From: an uncultured Methanosarcinales archaeon
Lineage (GTDB): Archaea; Nanobdellota; Nanobdellia; Woesearchaeales; WJKV01
Length of the DNA: 46,704 nucleotides
Assembly (NCBI GenBank): GCA_964576505.1
Contig: CAZNVD010000005.1
Span: 1 to 46,704, forward strand
Direction: 5' to 3'
Position numbers and translations under genes: made by a program. This document shows, piece after piece, positions 46,583 through 46,704 of the stretch (position 1 is the first letter of the stretch; each line of letters opens with the position of its first letter). A model generated the notes under the pieces. The model was not told the DNA's origin and ran no database searches. It saw only the letters and a program-made list of their open reading frames with translations.

Positions 46583-46704
46583 ATGATCGCAAGGATGGAA
46601 CAAACAAGATCAGGTGATTACTATAATCCACTAAGATGGATTAAGAATTTTGTATCTCGACTGCGCACAGGCAGCAATAATCACATTGATGCAAGTGAAG
46701 TTGA
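46583..46704 (+). CDS. 5'-partial view of an ORF running off the right edge (MIARMEQTRSGDYYNPLRWIKNFVSRLRTGSNNHIDASEV..)
   Basis: An ATG at 46583 with ATATAAAA about 25-30 nt upstream. Only 40 codons are visible. Confidence 0.35.
   Translation, partial: MIARMEQTRSGDYYNPLRWIKNFVSRLRTGSNNHIDASEV

Overview
AT-rich (by eye, roughly mid-30s % G+C) archaeal chromosome segment, transcribed almost entirely on the minus strand. Archaeal assignment rests on the gene set: proteasome beta subunit, aCPSF1 (KH + beta-CASP RNase), FEN1, Trm5-type methyltransferase, DRG-family GTPase and AMP phosphorylase. It is also supported by TTTATATA-type TATA boxes about 25 nt upstream of many start codons. A small-genome, DPANN-like archaeon is plausible, but that is inference only. 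The key point is that the supplied ORF track omits the dominant feature. The minus-strand frame whose codons occupy 1-3, 4-6 ... 17389-17391 stays open from an ATG-ATG at 17391 to position 1 and runs off the window, giving at least 5,797 codons. I translated it by hand. It encodes a signal-peptide-bearing mosaic giant protein with a QPN micro-repeat, one Cys-rich CGDG..EECD module, short PIY-type repeats, two exact Gly9 hinges, large unrecognisable globular stretches, Gly-rich hydrophobic segments and long K/E/A coiled-coil-like regions. Upstream on the same strand lie a small Cys-rich membrane-anchored protein (17665-18075) and an 849-aa secreted protein (18232-20781). The 849-aa protein shares the giant protein's signal peptide and leader almost verbatim. 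Also present are a second copy of the small Cys-rich gene (22267-22668), a decayed third copy (about 20970-21003), a repeated ~100-bp promoter block, and a Fic gene bracketed by direct repeats next to a GC-rich structured island. Positions 22.7-26.5 kb look like an accessory patch: two AbrB/PIN toxin-antitoxin pairs, a lipoprotein and hypothetical genes. Positions 26.6-46 kb are mostly housekeeping: aCPSF1, psmB, a processive GT2, AMP phosphorylase, an AI-2E permease, Trm5, FEN1, gyrB, drg, an SFM1-like SPOUT methyltransferase and an AlkD-like protein. Oddities there include a degraded vapBC remnant, an overlapping and possibly frameshifted ORF pair, and a 93-nt duplication of the drg 5' end that differs only at synonymous sites. 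I saw no rRNA, convincing tRNA, CRISPR array, integrase or transposase. All domain calls come from motif recognition by eye, with no database search.
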